DNA of 59,914 nt, the filler included. It is 5 parts of 5 records of this genome, joined end to end, with 100 filler letters (N's around TTAATTAATTAA, not from the genome) between each part and the next. Parts side by side here need not be neighbours in the genome. Positions count along the whole stretch, not along the records: positions 38,979 to 43,991 come from SRR20825006_2265; positions 44,092 to 53,453 come from SRR20825006_2268; 3 more parts are not named here. One strand, written 5' to 3'. Shown in pieces: positions 39,755-49,400 of the stretch (its first letter is position 1; the number at the start of each line of letters is the position of its first letter). The notes below the pieces were generated by a model. That model saw nothing but the letters and a program-made list of their open reading frames with translations, did not search any database and was not told where the DNA came from. The position numbers were made by a program, and so were the translations under genes.

Positions 39755-40492
39755 TTATTGTTGTCGTGCAGCCACGCGCTCCAGTCCATCGAGGACCAAA
39801 TCCGGTGCGTGCTCAAATTCAAACGCAAACGAACCAATCAACTCCGGCGCATCGCCGCCCGTGACGAGCACTTTGCTAGTATCATCAAGCACTTGGCGCA
39901 GTTCAACCACCACCTCCGTGACAAAGGCCACAGACATGCGCAAGAGTCCGTTATGAACACACTCACCGGTAGTCTGCCCAAGCCCCAGCTGCGCCGTTCC
40001 TGGCTCGATATGCACATCCGAAGTATCGCGAAGCAAGGCACCACGCAACATACCAAGCCCCGGCACGATATAGCCCCCCAGGAAAACACCGCGCCGGTCC
40101 ACAGCATCGATCGTCAAGGCGCTGCCGCAATCGATAATGATCGATGCCCCGTAACGCTGAAACCCCTCAATCATTGCCACCCAGCGGTCAACGCCAAGCT
40201 TTCTCGGATCCGGATAACAGCTTTGCACACCAAAGTCGGATTCGCAGGAATAATAAAACCGGGGCTGGCAACCTGTGCGACTCGCAAGACAGGAGGCAAT
40301 AACCGTATCCGCCTCCGGTCCGGCGACTGAGGCGATCCATATTTCATCAGGCGACCGCCCTGCTCCCGCCAACATGACATCCACCACCCGCGACCACTCG
40401 CGCTGATGGCGGCAGCCACCCTGATGCACCGCTGCGCCGTCGCAATACCGCCATTTCATGGCGGTATTGCCCACATCAACAAACAGCTTCAT
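39755..40492 (-). CDS. coaX: Type III pantothenate kinase
   Basis: VDVGNTAMKW, LGVDRW, IDCGSALTID, GGYIVPG, TGGDA. Confidence 0.96.
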   Translation of the reverse strand: MKLFVDVGNTAMKWRYCDGAAVHQGGCRHQREWSRVVDVMLAGAGRSPDEIWIASVAGPEADTVIASCLASRTGCQPRFYYSCESDFGVQSCYPDPRKLGVDRWVAMIEGFQRYGASIIIDCGSALTIDAVDRRGVFLGGYIVPGLGMLRGALLRDTSDVHIEPGTAQLGLGQTTGECVHNGLLRMSVAFVTEVVVELRQVLDDTSKVLVTGGDAPELIGSFAFEFEHAPDLVLDGLERVAARQQ

Positions 40493-41451
40493 TGGATTCT
40501 CAAACTCACTTCTCCGCCGTACAGGGAGCGCAGCCCATCTTTTGTCTTCAGCAGTAGCGCGCCATCAGAGGCCACTCCATCAGCAACACCAACGAGCTCC
40601 TGATCCACGGCCCTGACAACCACATTCTTGCCGGATACCGCATCAAACTGAGCAAACGATTCCGCAAACGCATCAAATCCATCGCTCTCGAAAAGCGGCA
40701 ACATACCCATTAGCCGGGTAATCACCAGACTGGTGAGATCCGTGCGCGATGGCATCTGCGGCAAGACAGCCGCCAAATCGATCCAGCGCTGGTCAATGGC
40801 ATCAGCCTGACCCGCTGTCATCCGACCATTAAGCCCCACGCCGATCACCACATCCACACGCCCATCCATCTCGCCTGCAAGCTCGATCAACACACCACCA
40901 ATCTTGGCACCATCAACCAAAAGGTCATTGGGCCATTTGAGAGCAATCGGCAGGGCAGGCTCAAGCTCGCGCAACGCTTCGGCAACAGCCACACCAACAG
41001 CCAGACTCAACCCGCCCAACGCGGCGAAGCCACCACTTAACGTGAACCGAATGGAAACATAGAGATTCGCTGCGAACGGAGATTGCCAGGCCCGGCCGCG
41101 GCGACCACGACCCGCCAACTGGCATTCGGTGACAAACACCTGGGGACGGGCAACAGGCCCCTCCAATGCCAGGGCATCCGCATTGGTGGAACCGGTGAGC
41201 CACTGATAGTGAAGGTCCGCAGCCCCGCCCAGGCGGCGCTGCACAATATCGGAGTCAATCAACTCCAAGGGCTGAGCCAGCCGGTAACCTTTGCCTTTCA
41301 CGGATTCCAGAGTGAGACCAAAATCCGCAAGGCGCTGAACCCGCTTCCAGACCCCGGCCCGGGAAATGCCCAACACCTCCCCAAGCTCTGAACCGGAACG
41401 AAAGTTACCATCGGAGAGAAGACGGACCAGCGACTGGTCCGCCTCTTTCAT
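40489..41451 (-). CDS. birA: Bifunctional biotin ligase / biotin repressor
   Basis: N-terminal HTH SGSELGEVLGISRAGVWK; STN, QLAGRGRRGR, KWPND; start MKEADQ at 41451. Confidence 0.96.
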   Translation of the reverse strand: MKEADQSLVRLLSDGNFRSGSELGEVLGISRAGVWKRVQRLADFGLTLESVKGKGYRLAQPLELIDSDIVQRRLGGAADLHYQWLTGSTNADALALEGPVARPQVFVTECQLAGRGRRGRAWQSPFAANLYVSIRFTLSGGFAALGGLSLAVGVAVAEALRELEPALPIALKWPNDLLVDGAKIGGVLIELAGEMDGRVDVVIGVGLNGRMTAGQADAIDQRWIDLAAVLPQMPSRTDLTSLVITRLMGMLPLFESDGFDAFAESFAQFDAVSGKNVVVRAVDQELVGVADGVASDGALLLKTKDGLRSLYGGEVSLRIQ

Positions 41452-41456
41452 CGCGC

Positions 41457-43139
41457 TCAAGCCTCCCAAACAACCCCGCGCGTCTTGGACCACTGAACAA
41501 TGTCATCACCGTAACGCTTTTCGATTTCGTTGCGCTTAAGCTTCAGTGTCGGGGTGATCAGGTTATTCTCGACACTCCAGGCATCCTTGCACACAATCAA
41601 CGTGGTCATACGCTCGTGAGGGTCCAGCACTTCATTTACGCGAGCGAGAAGCTTCTCCAGCTCCTTGGTAAAGTGCTCTTTCTCACTGCCTTTACTCAAA
41701 CGCTCCTGCTCTTCCGGAGTAATATTAAGCAAGGCAACCGGCTGCCCCATACCTTGCCCGATCACACAGGCCAGCTCGAGGCCCGGCATCGTCGCCAGTC
41801 GATTCTCAATCGGCGCCGGCGCGACATATTTACCTTTTTCGGTTTTGAAAATTTCTTTCACTCGACCCGTGATGCGCAAGCGACCCTTACCGTCGATTTC
41901 GCCTACATCACCCGTGCGCAACCAACCGTCTTCGGTCAAATCTTCCGCCGTCTTCTCTGGCTGCTTGTAGTAGCCCTTCATGTTCCCCAGGCTGCGCACC
42001 AGAATTTCACCACCCTCACCGATGCGGCATTCAACACCGTCATTGGGCGTTCCCACCCAACCAATTTGCTGATCCCCTTCTTCCGTGGTGTGAGACCAGG
42101 CCAGGTTTTCGGTCATGCCGTAGACTTCGAGAATTTCCAGATCCAGTTTCTTGAACCAGGTAATAATTTCCGGTGACAACGCGGCAGCACCGGACAACGC
42201 AATTCGGCACTCATCCAACCCCATGGCAGCAAGCACTTTTTTCTTGATGATCTTGTTGAGGAAAGGAATCTTGAGCAACCGGTTGAGTTTCTTCGGTGGC
42301 ACCGCTTCCGAAGCTTTCTGGTAGAACTTGGACCAGATACGCGGCACCGCAAAAAATACGGTTGGTTGTGCCCGCTTGATATCTTCGCCAAAGGTATCCA
42401 GAGACTCGGCAAAAAAGATTTTGTTACCGACATATAGCACAGCAATTTCGACAGCAACGCGCTCAGCCACATGAGACAGCGGCAAATAAGAAATCATCCG
42501 CTCGTCGGGCTTAAGGTCGTACACCTTGATCATCTTTTCCCCGACAGTGGAAAGACTCTCAAAGTCGTGCATCACACCCTTTGGCATCCCTGTGGTGCCA
42601 GAGGTATAAACAATGGTAGCCAGATCGCCGAGTTCCGGTACGTTCACATCCGCCAACGGCGCCGTGTCACGAATAATGTCCGGCCATTTCGGGAACGCCT
42701 GCAGGGCATCTTCCGGTGCCAGGCTCAAGGCAATTTGTGCGACCCCTTCCGGCACACCAGCCTTCATCATGTCCCAGTCGTCCAGTTTGCCAACAAAAAG
42801 GAACTTGGACTCACTGTGCTCCATGATCTGACGCACCGTCTCGGCCACCAGCGTCGGGTAAAGGGGGACACTGACACCACCGGCCATCCAGATTGCCACG
42901 TCAGTGATGATCCATTCCGCACAGTTCTTGGACACCAGCGCAACGTGATCGCCTTTCTGCATCCCCTGGGACTGCAGGTAGGCGGCAATTTTACGCGCCT
43001 CTTCATCCACCTGCTTCCAGGTATATTCACGTAGCTTACCGCCACCCAGGGGCTGAACAAACGCCACTGCATCGCCGTGCTGCGAACAACGCTGAGCCAG
43101 CGCCTGTAGTGGAGTCAGCACACTGTTTTCTGTTGTCAT
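41457..43139 (-). CDS. Long-chain fatty acyl-CoA synthetase (AMP-binding)
   Basis: YTSGTTGMPKG, YLPLSHVAER, VYGMTE, WLRTGDVG, ITPTLKLKR; start MTTENS at 43139. Confidence 0.92.
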   Translation of the reverse strand: MTTENSVLTPLQALAQRCSQHGDAVAFVQPLGGGKLREYTWKQVDEEARKIAAYLQSQGMQKGDHVALVSKNCAEWIITDVAIWMAGGVSVPLYPTLVAETVRQIMEHSESKFLFVGKLDDWDMMKAGVPEGVAQIALSLAPEDALQAFPKWPDIIRDTAPLADVNVPELGDLATIVYTSGTTGMPKGVMHDFESLSTVGEKMIKVYDLKPDERMISYLPLSHVAERVAVEIAVLYVGNKIFFAESLDTFGEDIKRAQPTVFFAVPRIWSKFYQKASEAVPPKKLNRLLKIPFLNKIIKKKVLAAMGLDECRIALSGAAALSPEIITWFKKLDLEILEVYGMTENLAWSHTTEEGDQQIGWVGTPNDGVECRIGEGGEILVRSLGNMKGYYKQPEKTAEDLTEDGWLRTGDVGEIDGKGRLRITGRVKEIFKTEKGKYVAPAPIENRLATMPGLELACVIGQGMGQPVALLNITPEEQERLSKGSEKEHFTKELEKLLARVNEVLDPHERMTTLIVCKDAWSVENNLITPTLKLKRNEIEKRYGDDIVQWSKTRGVVWEA

Positions 43140-43376
43140 AATTCTCAACCTTTCCCGAGTCCAAAATTCAAAGAAACACCCCGCCATGTGGCAGGCCGGT
43201 GCAGGCTAACCCTGCGAATTCTGTTAACGATGCCGAGGAAGAGCAACATCTTCCCGGCAAACCAAGTTGCCAAACGCTGACCGGCAATACACACCCTCTA
43301 CCGCCCCTCGTCAGCAAGGCTCAACCATACCACTTTCGTCGGCAGCAATGGAGCCTTTCCAGGGCAGCAAATGGTT

Positions 43377-43394
43377 GGTAAACGCTTGTTTACT
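43377..43394. promoter_or_regulatory. Putative DesT/FabR-type (TetR family) operator
   Basis: Palindrome GGTAAAC-GCTT-GTTTACT about 240 nt upstream of the acyl-CoA synthetase. Confidence 0.55.
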
Positions 43395-43702
43395 GTAGGA
43401 ATACCGAAAGTCACAGCAGCAAGAATAGAGGCAGTAGGCGCCCGAATAAAGCGTGTTACCGGCGAATCTGCCAACAGACGACAGTGAACTGAATTCAAGA
43501 GAGGGATTACGCCGACGGCACCCGACCATCGAACCAGCCCGTCAAGCGAACATCACTTCCGATAACAGCAAAAGCTTCACAGAACAGAGGCGCAGGACAT
43601 CGTGGTTGTAGCGGGTCTTTTTGGCAAGGGTGTGACAGGGAGGGCTGCGGGTGCCTGGCAGTGCCAGGCTGCAACCAGAGCATTTCTGCCCAGCCTGAAC
43701 AC

Positions 43703-43740
43703 AAAAAAACCTCGACGCTTGCGCGACGAGAGGTCTTTGT
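43703..43740 (-). terminator. Second terminator downstream of the rRNA operon
   Basis: Minus strand GACCTCTCGTCGC-GCAA-GCGTCGAGGT followed by a T-run. Confidence 0.7.
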
Positions 43741-43763
43741 TTAAGAGCCTGACGATGACCTAC
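43740..43763 (-). repeat. 24-bp duplicate of the 5S rRNA 3' end
   Basis: TTTAAGAGCCTGACGATGACCTAC is identical to 43962-43985. Confidence 0.95.
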
Positions 43764-43890
43764 AGTGTGTGACGAGCATGCTCGTCATCCCTTGCGGGAC
43801 GCCTTCGGCGCACCACGCTTGCTCCTGCGGAGCATTGCTTGTCACACCTCGGTCCCGCTTGACGGGATGGCGGCTTTGCCGCGAGGTAGG
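43764..43890. other. Multi-hairpin GC-rich element between the duplicated 5S ends
   Basis: Outer stem GTGTGACGAGCA/TGCTTGTCACAC with nested hairpins; second branched stem ACCTCG/CGAGGT. Confidence 0.6.
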
Positions 43891-43917
43891 GAGAGTAATT
43901 CACCGTATCCCAAATAC

Positions 43918-43958
43918 AAAAAAAGCCCCCTAGCATACTGCGCTAGGGGGCCTTTTTT
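43918..43958 (-). terminator. rRNA operon terminator
   Basis: AAAAAAAGCCCCCTAGC...GCTAGGGGGCCTTTTTT. Confidence 0.85.
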
Positions 43959-43967
43959 GTATTTAAG

Positions 43968-43991
43968 AGCCTGACGATGACCTACTCTCAC
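43968..43991 (-). rRNA. rrf: 5S rRNA, 3' terminal fragment
   Basis: Minus strand GTGAGAGTAGGTCATCGTCAGGCT matches a gammaproteobacterial 5S 3' end; the contig breaks here. Confidence 0.88.
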
Positions 43992-44091
43992 NNNNNNNNN
44001 NNNNNNNNNNNNNNNNNNNNNNNNNNNNNNNNNNNTTAATTAATTAANNNNNNNNNNNNNNNNNNNNNNNNNNNNNNNNNNNNNNNNNNNN
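43992..44091. other. Artificial contig linker
   Basis: N44-TTAATTAATTAA-N44. Confidence 0.99.
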
Positions 44092-44120
44092 AGTAGATAT
44101 AATAATATAATAGTGATAAA
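44092..44120 (+). repeat. Left copy of the 29-bp terminal direct repeat of contig D
   Basis: AGTAGATATAATAATATAATAGTGATAAA is identical to 53425-53453. Confidence 0.97.
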
Positions 44121-44124
44121 TTTT

Positions 44125-44155
44125 AAGCCTTGACAGTAAATGTTGAGGCTTTTTT
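44125..44155 (+). terminator. Rho-independent terminator right after the left repeat
   Basis: AAGCCTTGACA-GTAAA-TGTTGAGGCTT followed by a T-run. Confidence 0.75.
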
Positions 44156-44415
44156 GTTTGTGTATTTTTTGTTCTAGATACCTATATGGGAAACAAAAGG
44201 GAGAAAAGTGGTTGAAACTTTTACGTTTTAAGATTGACAATTTTAATAGATCAACTAAAGAAGGCTTATGAGTTATCTGGACATCCATACTATCAAGTAA
44301 AACATAACTTTTGTTTTAACACAAATAACATTGTATTAACTTACCTTTTATAAAAAATAGTTTTTTTTGCTTACTTTTAGAAAATAGTCTCATTATAAAA
44401 TAGGTATCGTCTAGA

Positions 44416-44985
44416 GTGGCATCTTATAAAATTCATAGAAACATAAAATTATCTTCTGAGATAGATATAAACTCTAAAGAAGGGTTTGATCTTATCTTTA
44501 AATTATACTATGGAAAACTGTTTCATATTGCCAAAGGATATTTAGTGTTTAATGAAGATGCTGAAGAAATAGTACAGAATGTATTTTTACAACTTTTAGA
44601 AAATAAAGATACTGCCTCTAAAATCAATAATCTTAATAATTACTTATATACCTTAACCAAGAATGCTTGCCTAGATCATTTAAAGCATTTAAAAGTTAAA
44701 TCAAATTTCTCCGAGCAAAAGAAAAAAATTCAACAAGGCTTAATTAATGACGAAGCAGCTTCTTTACTGATAGAAAATGAGTTGAGTAAAAGGATAGAAG
44801 AAGCAATTGCGTTACTACCTGAAAAATGTAAAATGGTATTTGTAAAAAGTAAGTATGAAGGCTTAAAACGAAAAGAAATAGCTAGTATATTAGATATTTC
44901 ACCACGTACAGTGGATAATCATTTGGCAAATGCTTTAAAGCATATGCGACTGCATTTAAAAGAATACATTACATATTTATTTTAA
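44416..44985 (+). CDS. ECF sigma-70 factor (Bacteroidetes PUL type)
   Basis: DAEEIVQNVF, YLYTLTKNACLDHLK, LPEKCKMVF, EIASILDISPRTVDNHL; GTG start. Confidence 0.93.
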   Translation: MASYKIHRNIKLSSEIDINSKEGFDLIFKLYYGKLFHIAKGYLVFNEDAEEIVQNVFLQLLENKDTASKINNLNNYLYTLTKNACLDHLKHLKVKSNFSEQKKKIQQGLINDEAASLLIENELSKRIEEAIALLPEKCKMVFVKSKYEGLKRKEIASILDISPRTVDNHLANALKHMRLHLKEYITYLF

Positions 44986-45054
44986 AAAAAACTAAATTTC
45001 GTTTAGGTAATTCTTCATTTTAAATCGTCTATAATTAAAGAGGCAATTTTTTAA

Positions 45055-46188
45055 ATGAAAGAATTATTAAAAAAATATATTGAAGGGAAAACCGATGCTA
45101 CAGAAACGGAGACTGTAGAAAATTGGATTCTTAGCAGTGATAAAAATCAGAAGACTTACAATATTTTAAAGACTGCTAATACTATTAATTCCTTTGAGGA
45201 AACCGAAGCCCAAATTAATGTAGATAAACAATTAATTAAGCTTGAAGCGAACAAGACCAAATCTTCAAAATCAATACGGACTTATTATAAATACGCAGCT
45301 ATTTTTATAGTGCTGTTAGGAGGGGCATATATATTTCTAATTCAAAATTCCTTTCAGCAAAAATCCATTCCAGAAAATGCAATAACACTTACGTTAGATG
45401 ATGGTACAATAAAGGTTATTTCTGAAAACTCTGAAGAAGAAATACTAAGTAGCACAGGAAAAATGGTAGGAGTAAAAGGTTTAAATAAGATTGTATATAA
45501 AAACATAGCTAATAACATTGAAACGGAAGCGGTTTCTTATAACACCTTAAATGTACCCTACGGAAAACAATTTAACCTAGAATTGGCAGACGGTTCTGTT
45601 ATATACTTAAACGCTGGGAGTAGAATAACTTACCCAACAAATTTTAACGGTCAAAAACACAGAGAGGTTTTAATTAGTGGAGAAGCATTTTTTGAAATAG
45701 CAAAAGATACATTACACCCATTTGTGGTGAGAGCAAATAACCTTGGAGTACAAGTTTATGGTACAAAATTTAATGTGTCGGCATATAAGGAAGATGCTAC
45801 CGTACAAACAGTTTTGGTAGAAGGTTCTGTAGGGCTGTATTCTGAAAATGAAGATAAAAAAACAGAAACTACATTTTTAAAGCCTGGATATATGGCAACA
45901 TGGGAGAAGGCTGATGAAAATATCTCAATAGGTAAAACAGATGTATCTATTTATACCTCATGGATGCAAGGCGAGTTAGTATTTAAGCATATGCCATTTA
46001 GAAATATTTTGAAAAAATTAGAAAGACACTACAATGTGTCAATAGATATGCCTACAGATTCAATTGCTAATTTAACTTTTACAGCAAGTTTTAATGAAGA
46101 TAAGGCGTTGCCAGAAGTATTAGAAACTTTTAAACAATATTATGGAATTCATTATCAAATAAACAATAATAAAGTAAATATATATTAA
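45055..46188 (+). CDS. FecR-family anti-sigma factor
   Basis: Single TM; LADGSVIYLNAGS, GEAFFEI, VYGTKFNV, LVEGSV. Confidence 0.94.
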   Translation: MKELLKKYIEGKTDATETETVENWILSSDKNQKTYNILKTANTINSFEETEAQINVDKQLIKLEANKTKSSKSIRTYYKYAAIFIVLLGGAYIFLIQNSFQQKSIPENAITLTLDDGTIKVISENSEEEILSSTGKMVGVKGLNKIVYKNIANNIETEAVSYNTLNVPYGKQFNLELADGSVIYLNAGSRITYPTNFNGQKHREVLISGEAFFEIAKDTLHPFVVRANNLGVQVYGTKFNVSAYKEDATVQTVLVEGSVGLYSENEDKKTETTFLKPGYMATWEKADENISIGKTDVSIYTSWMQGELVFKHMPFRNILKKLERHYNVSIDMPTDSIANLTFTASFNEDKALPEVLETFKQYYGIHYQINNNKVNIY

Positions 46189-46345
46189 CACATAAAACTA
46201 TGGAGTCTATGAATAAATAAAGCTAATGAAACATCCATGTCTAATTTTTAGTCATACAGCGGAATGCTTATTTGGATGTTCCGCATGATTACTAAATACA
46301 ATAAAAAAGCACATGAAAGCTAACTAAGAAACTCTTGATATAAAA

Positions 46346-46377
46346 AAATCGGAAAATGCAGCCACATTTCCCGATTT
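46346..46377 (+). promoter_or_regulatory. Hairpin in the fecR-susC intergenic region
   Basis: AAATCGGAAAATG-CAGCCA-CATTTCCCGATTT preceded by an A-run. Confidence 0.55.
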
Positions 46378-46424
46378 AGAGAGTGATTAAATTATTTAAC
46401 CACATTTTTAAGAAAAGCAAAAAT

Positions 46425-49400
46425 ATGAAAAATCTAACTAGGATTAGGAAAAACATTCCTATTCACCAAAGTCATGTTTTAAAAATGAAATTGTCTGTTG
46501 TACTATTTTTTTTCATGATAATTCAAGTAAACGCCAATTTAACTTACGGACAAAAAGATAAAGTATCCGTTAACCTCCAAAATGTAAATTTAGATAGAGT
46601 ACTAACAGCTATTGAGTCGCAAACAGATTATCGATTTATTTATAAAGACGATGAAATAGATTACAAAAAGAGTGTTTCAATCAAGGTAGAGAAATCGCCA
46701 ATAAAAGAGGTATTACAAGATTTATTCAGAAATACTTCTATAGACTACCAAGTAGTTGGAACCCAAATTATTTTAAAGCCGAATAAGCATATTAAAACAG
46801 AGGTTTTAACGCAAAAAACTACTATTGTACAAGTATCTGTAAATGGAAGTGTATTAGATGATAATGGGCAACCCTTACCAGGAGCTAGTATTTTAGAAAA
46901 AGGAACAACTAATGGTGCTACCACAGATTTTGACGGGAATTTTTCTTTAACACTTACTAATTCTGATGCGGTTCTAGTTGTATCTTATATTGGATTTGTA
47001 GCTAAAGAAGTAGCAGTAAATGGGAATGAAAATATAACAGTAACACTTGAAGAAGATTTTGCAAAACTCGATGAGGTAGTGGTAATTGGGTATGGGCAAC
47101 AATCAAAAGCTAAAGTAATAGGTTCTGTAGGTAAAATAGAGGAAGAAGAACTTTCCAAAGTAGCGTCATCATCTGTAGGGCAACAATTAGCGGGAAAAAT
47201 GTCAGGAGTTGTAGTTAATCAATCAAATGGACAACCAGGAGCGGCATCTCAAATTGTTATTAGAGGTACTGGTACGTTAACTGCGGGGACAAATCCATTG
47301 ATAGTTGTAGATGGATTTCCATTATCCGAAGGGAGTTCATTAAACTCAATTAATCCAGATGATATTGCAACAGTTAATGTTTTAAAAGATGCGGCATCTG
47401 CATCTATTTATGGGTCTAGAGCAGCAAATGGGGTTATTTTAGTAACTACAAAACAAGGGAGTAAGAATGAAAAAACTACAATTACGTTAGATACTTATGT
47501 TGGGATGCAAGAACAAAGTTCTGGTGTAGAATTGGTGGATGCATACCAATTTGCACAATTTATAACAGAAGCACGAAATTGGGGGTATGTTTCCAAAGAT
47601 CCAGCAAACCGTAGCGCAACAGATCCTAATTCTGTTCGAGTTACTAAAACTATAAACGGTCAAGGGATAGACGGACGAGAATTGTATTTAGATTTTCTGC
47701 AACCCTACCTAGATGGAAAATCAGGTCTTACAAATACAGATTGGATGGATGTTGCCTTTAGAGCTGCAGCAATGTATAATTATAACCTTTCAGTCTCAGG
47801 AGGTAATGAAAAAACAAAATTCTATACTTCTTTAGGATATTTTAATCAGGAGGGAATTGTTATAGGAAGCGATTTAAAAAGATATTCTGCTAACATAAAT
47901 TTAAATTCGAAATTAACAGATAAGATAAATATAGGTGTAAGTGTAAAACCTTCATTTACAGATCAAAATGCATTAGATCAAGGTAGTAGAAGTTCAGGAG
48001 CTATCGCCTTAGTTCCTTTAAATTTTTCTTATTACAGTCCATATACAGACAATGGAGATATTAATATAAGTGAGCAAATAATAAATGAGCAACGAGAAAT
48101 TGAAGGAGTACGTATTAATGGTACCCCTGTTGAAAATTTATTAGCAACCTCAACAATGGTTAAAGATAATAGACAACAATTTAGAGTATTTGGAAACGTA
48201 TTTGCCGATTTTGAAATCGTTAAAAATTTAAAATATAAAATTTCATTAGGCGGAGATTATGAAAACTACACTCGCAATTTTTATTATCCATCCTCGGTTG
48301 GTTCATATAGAACGCCAGCTCCTCGATCTGATGCCGAAGCTACTCAGGATAAACAAACTAGATATAATTATTTAATAGAGAACACATTGAATTATGATTT
48401 TTCTTTAGCTAAACATAATTTTGATTTATTAGCAGGTTATACATTTCAAAAGGAAAACATAGATTTTTCAAGTACTGTAGGTACTGGATTTGCCGATGAT
48501 AATATTAAAAATATAGCAGGAGCAAGTTCTCATACTACAAATTATAATTTAGCAATATGGGCTTTAGAGTCATATTTTACAAGGTTGCAATACGACTATG
48601 ATGCAAAATATCTTTTTAGCGCAGCTATAAGAAAAGACGGTTCCTCAAGATTTGGTAGTAATAATAGATGGGGATATTTTCCTTCTGTATCTGGAGGATG
48701 GGTTTTCACTAGAGAATCGTTTATGCCTTTAGAAGATATAGTAACCTTTGGTAAAATATCTGCAAGTTGGGGACAAACAGGGAATAATCAAATAGGGAAT
48801 TATGGATCGTACGCATTGGTTACAGATTCTAACTATGTTAACGGGAATTCTCTAGCAGCTGGTTATATAACTACATCTGCTCCAAATCCTAATTTAGGAT
48901 GGGAAGTAGCATCAGCAATGAATATTGGACTAGATCTTAGCTTTTTTCATAAGTTAAACTTCAGCATGGCTTATTATAAAACTAATACCAAAGACTTATT
49001 ATTAAATGTTCCTGTTCCTCAGCAAACTGGGTATGAGAATGTGTTAGCCAATATAGGGGAAATGGAAAATAAGGGTTTAGAATTTGAATTGAGCGGAAGA
49101 AATTTCATGCTAGGAAATGTAGGACTTGGCTTTAATGCTAATTTAACGTCTTATCAGAACAAAGTATTGGCTTTGGGACCTGGACAAGAAGAGATTGCAA
49201 CAGGAAGAGATCAACTTTTTGTTACTAAAGTTGGAGGTTCTATTGCTGAAATATATGGATATGAAGTAGATGGAGTTTTTAAAACTCAACAAGAAATAGA
49301 TAATACCCCACATTTATCGGGAACACTTACAGGAGATTTCAAAGTGAAAGATATTAATGGAGATGGTAAGATTAATGATGAAGATAAGGTGTCTAAAGGA

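Noticed and set aside
39075-43072. Long alternative-frame ORFs in contig C (e.g. 39518-40330, 41616-42176, 42471-43034)
   Set aside because: Shadows of well-supported genes, expected in GC-rich DNA
43653-43669. Palindrome GCCTGGCAGTGCCAGGC
   Set aside because: Single short GC-rich hairpin with no second copy in the window; not enough support
43764-43890. Second intact 5S rRNA, tRNA or group II intron
   Set aside because: Similarity to 5S stops after 24 bp; no T-loop or CCA, no domain V motif, no RT ORF
43199-43974. Short ORFs of 60-72 aa between the acyl-CoA synthetase and 5S
   Set aside because: No motifs; they overlap each other and the operator, terminators and hairpin element
44040-44288. 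82-aa minus-strand ORF at the start of contig D
   Set aside because: Runs into Ns, overlaps the terminator and repeat, and has no recognisable motif
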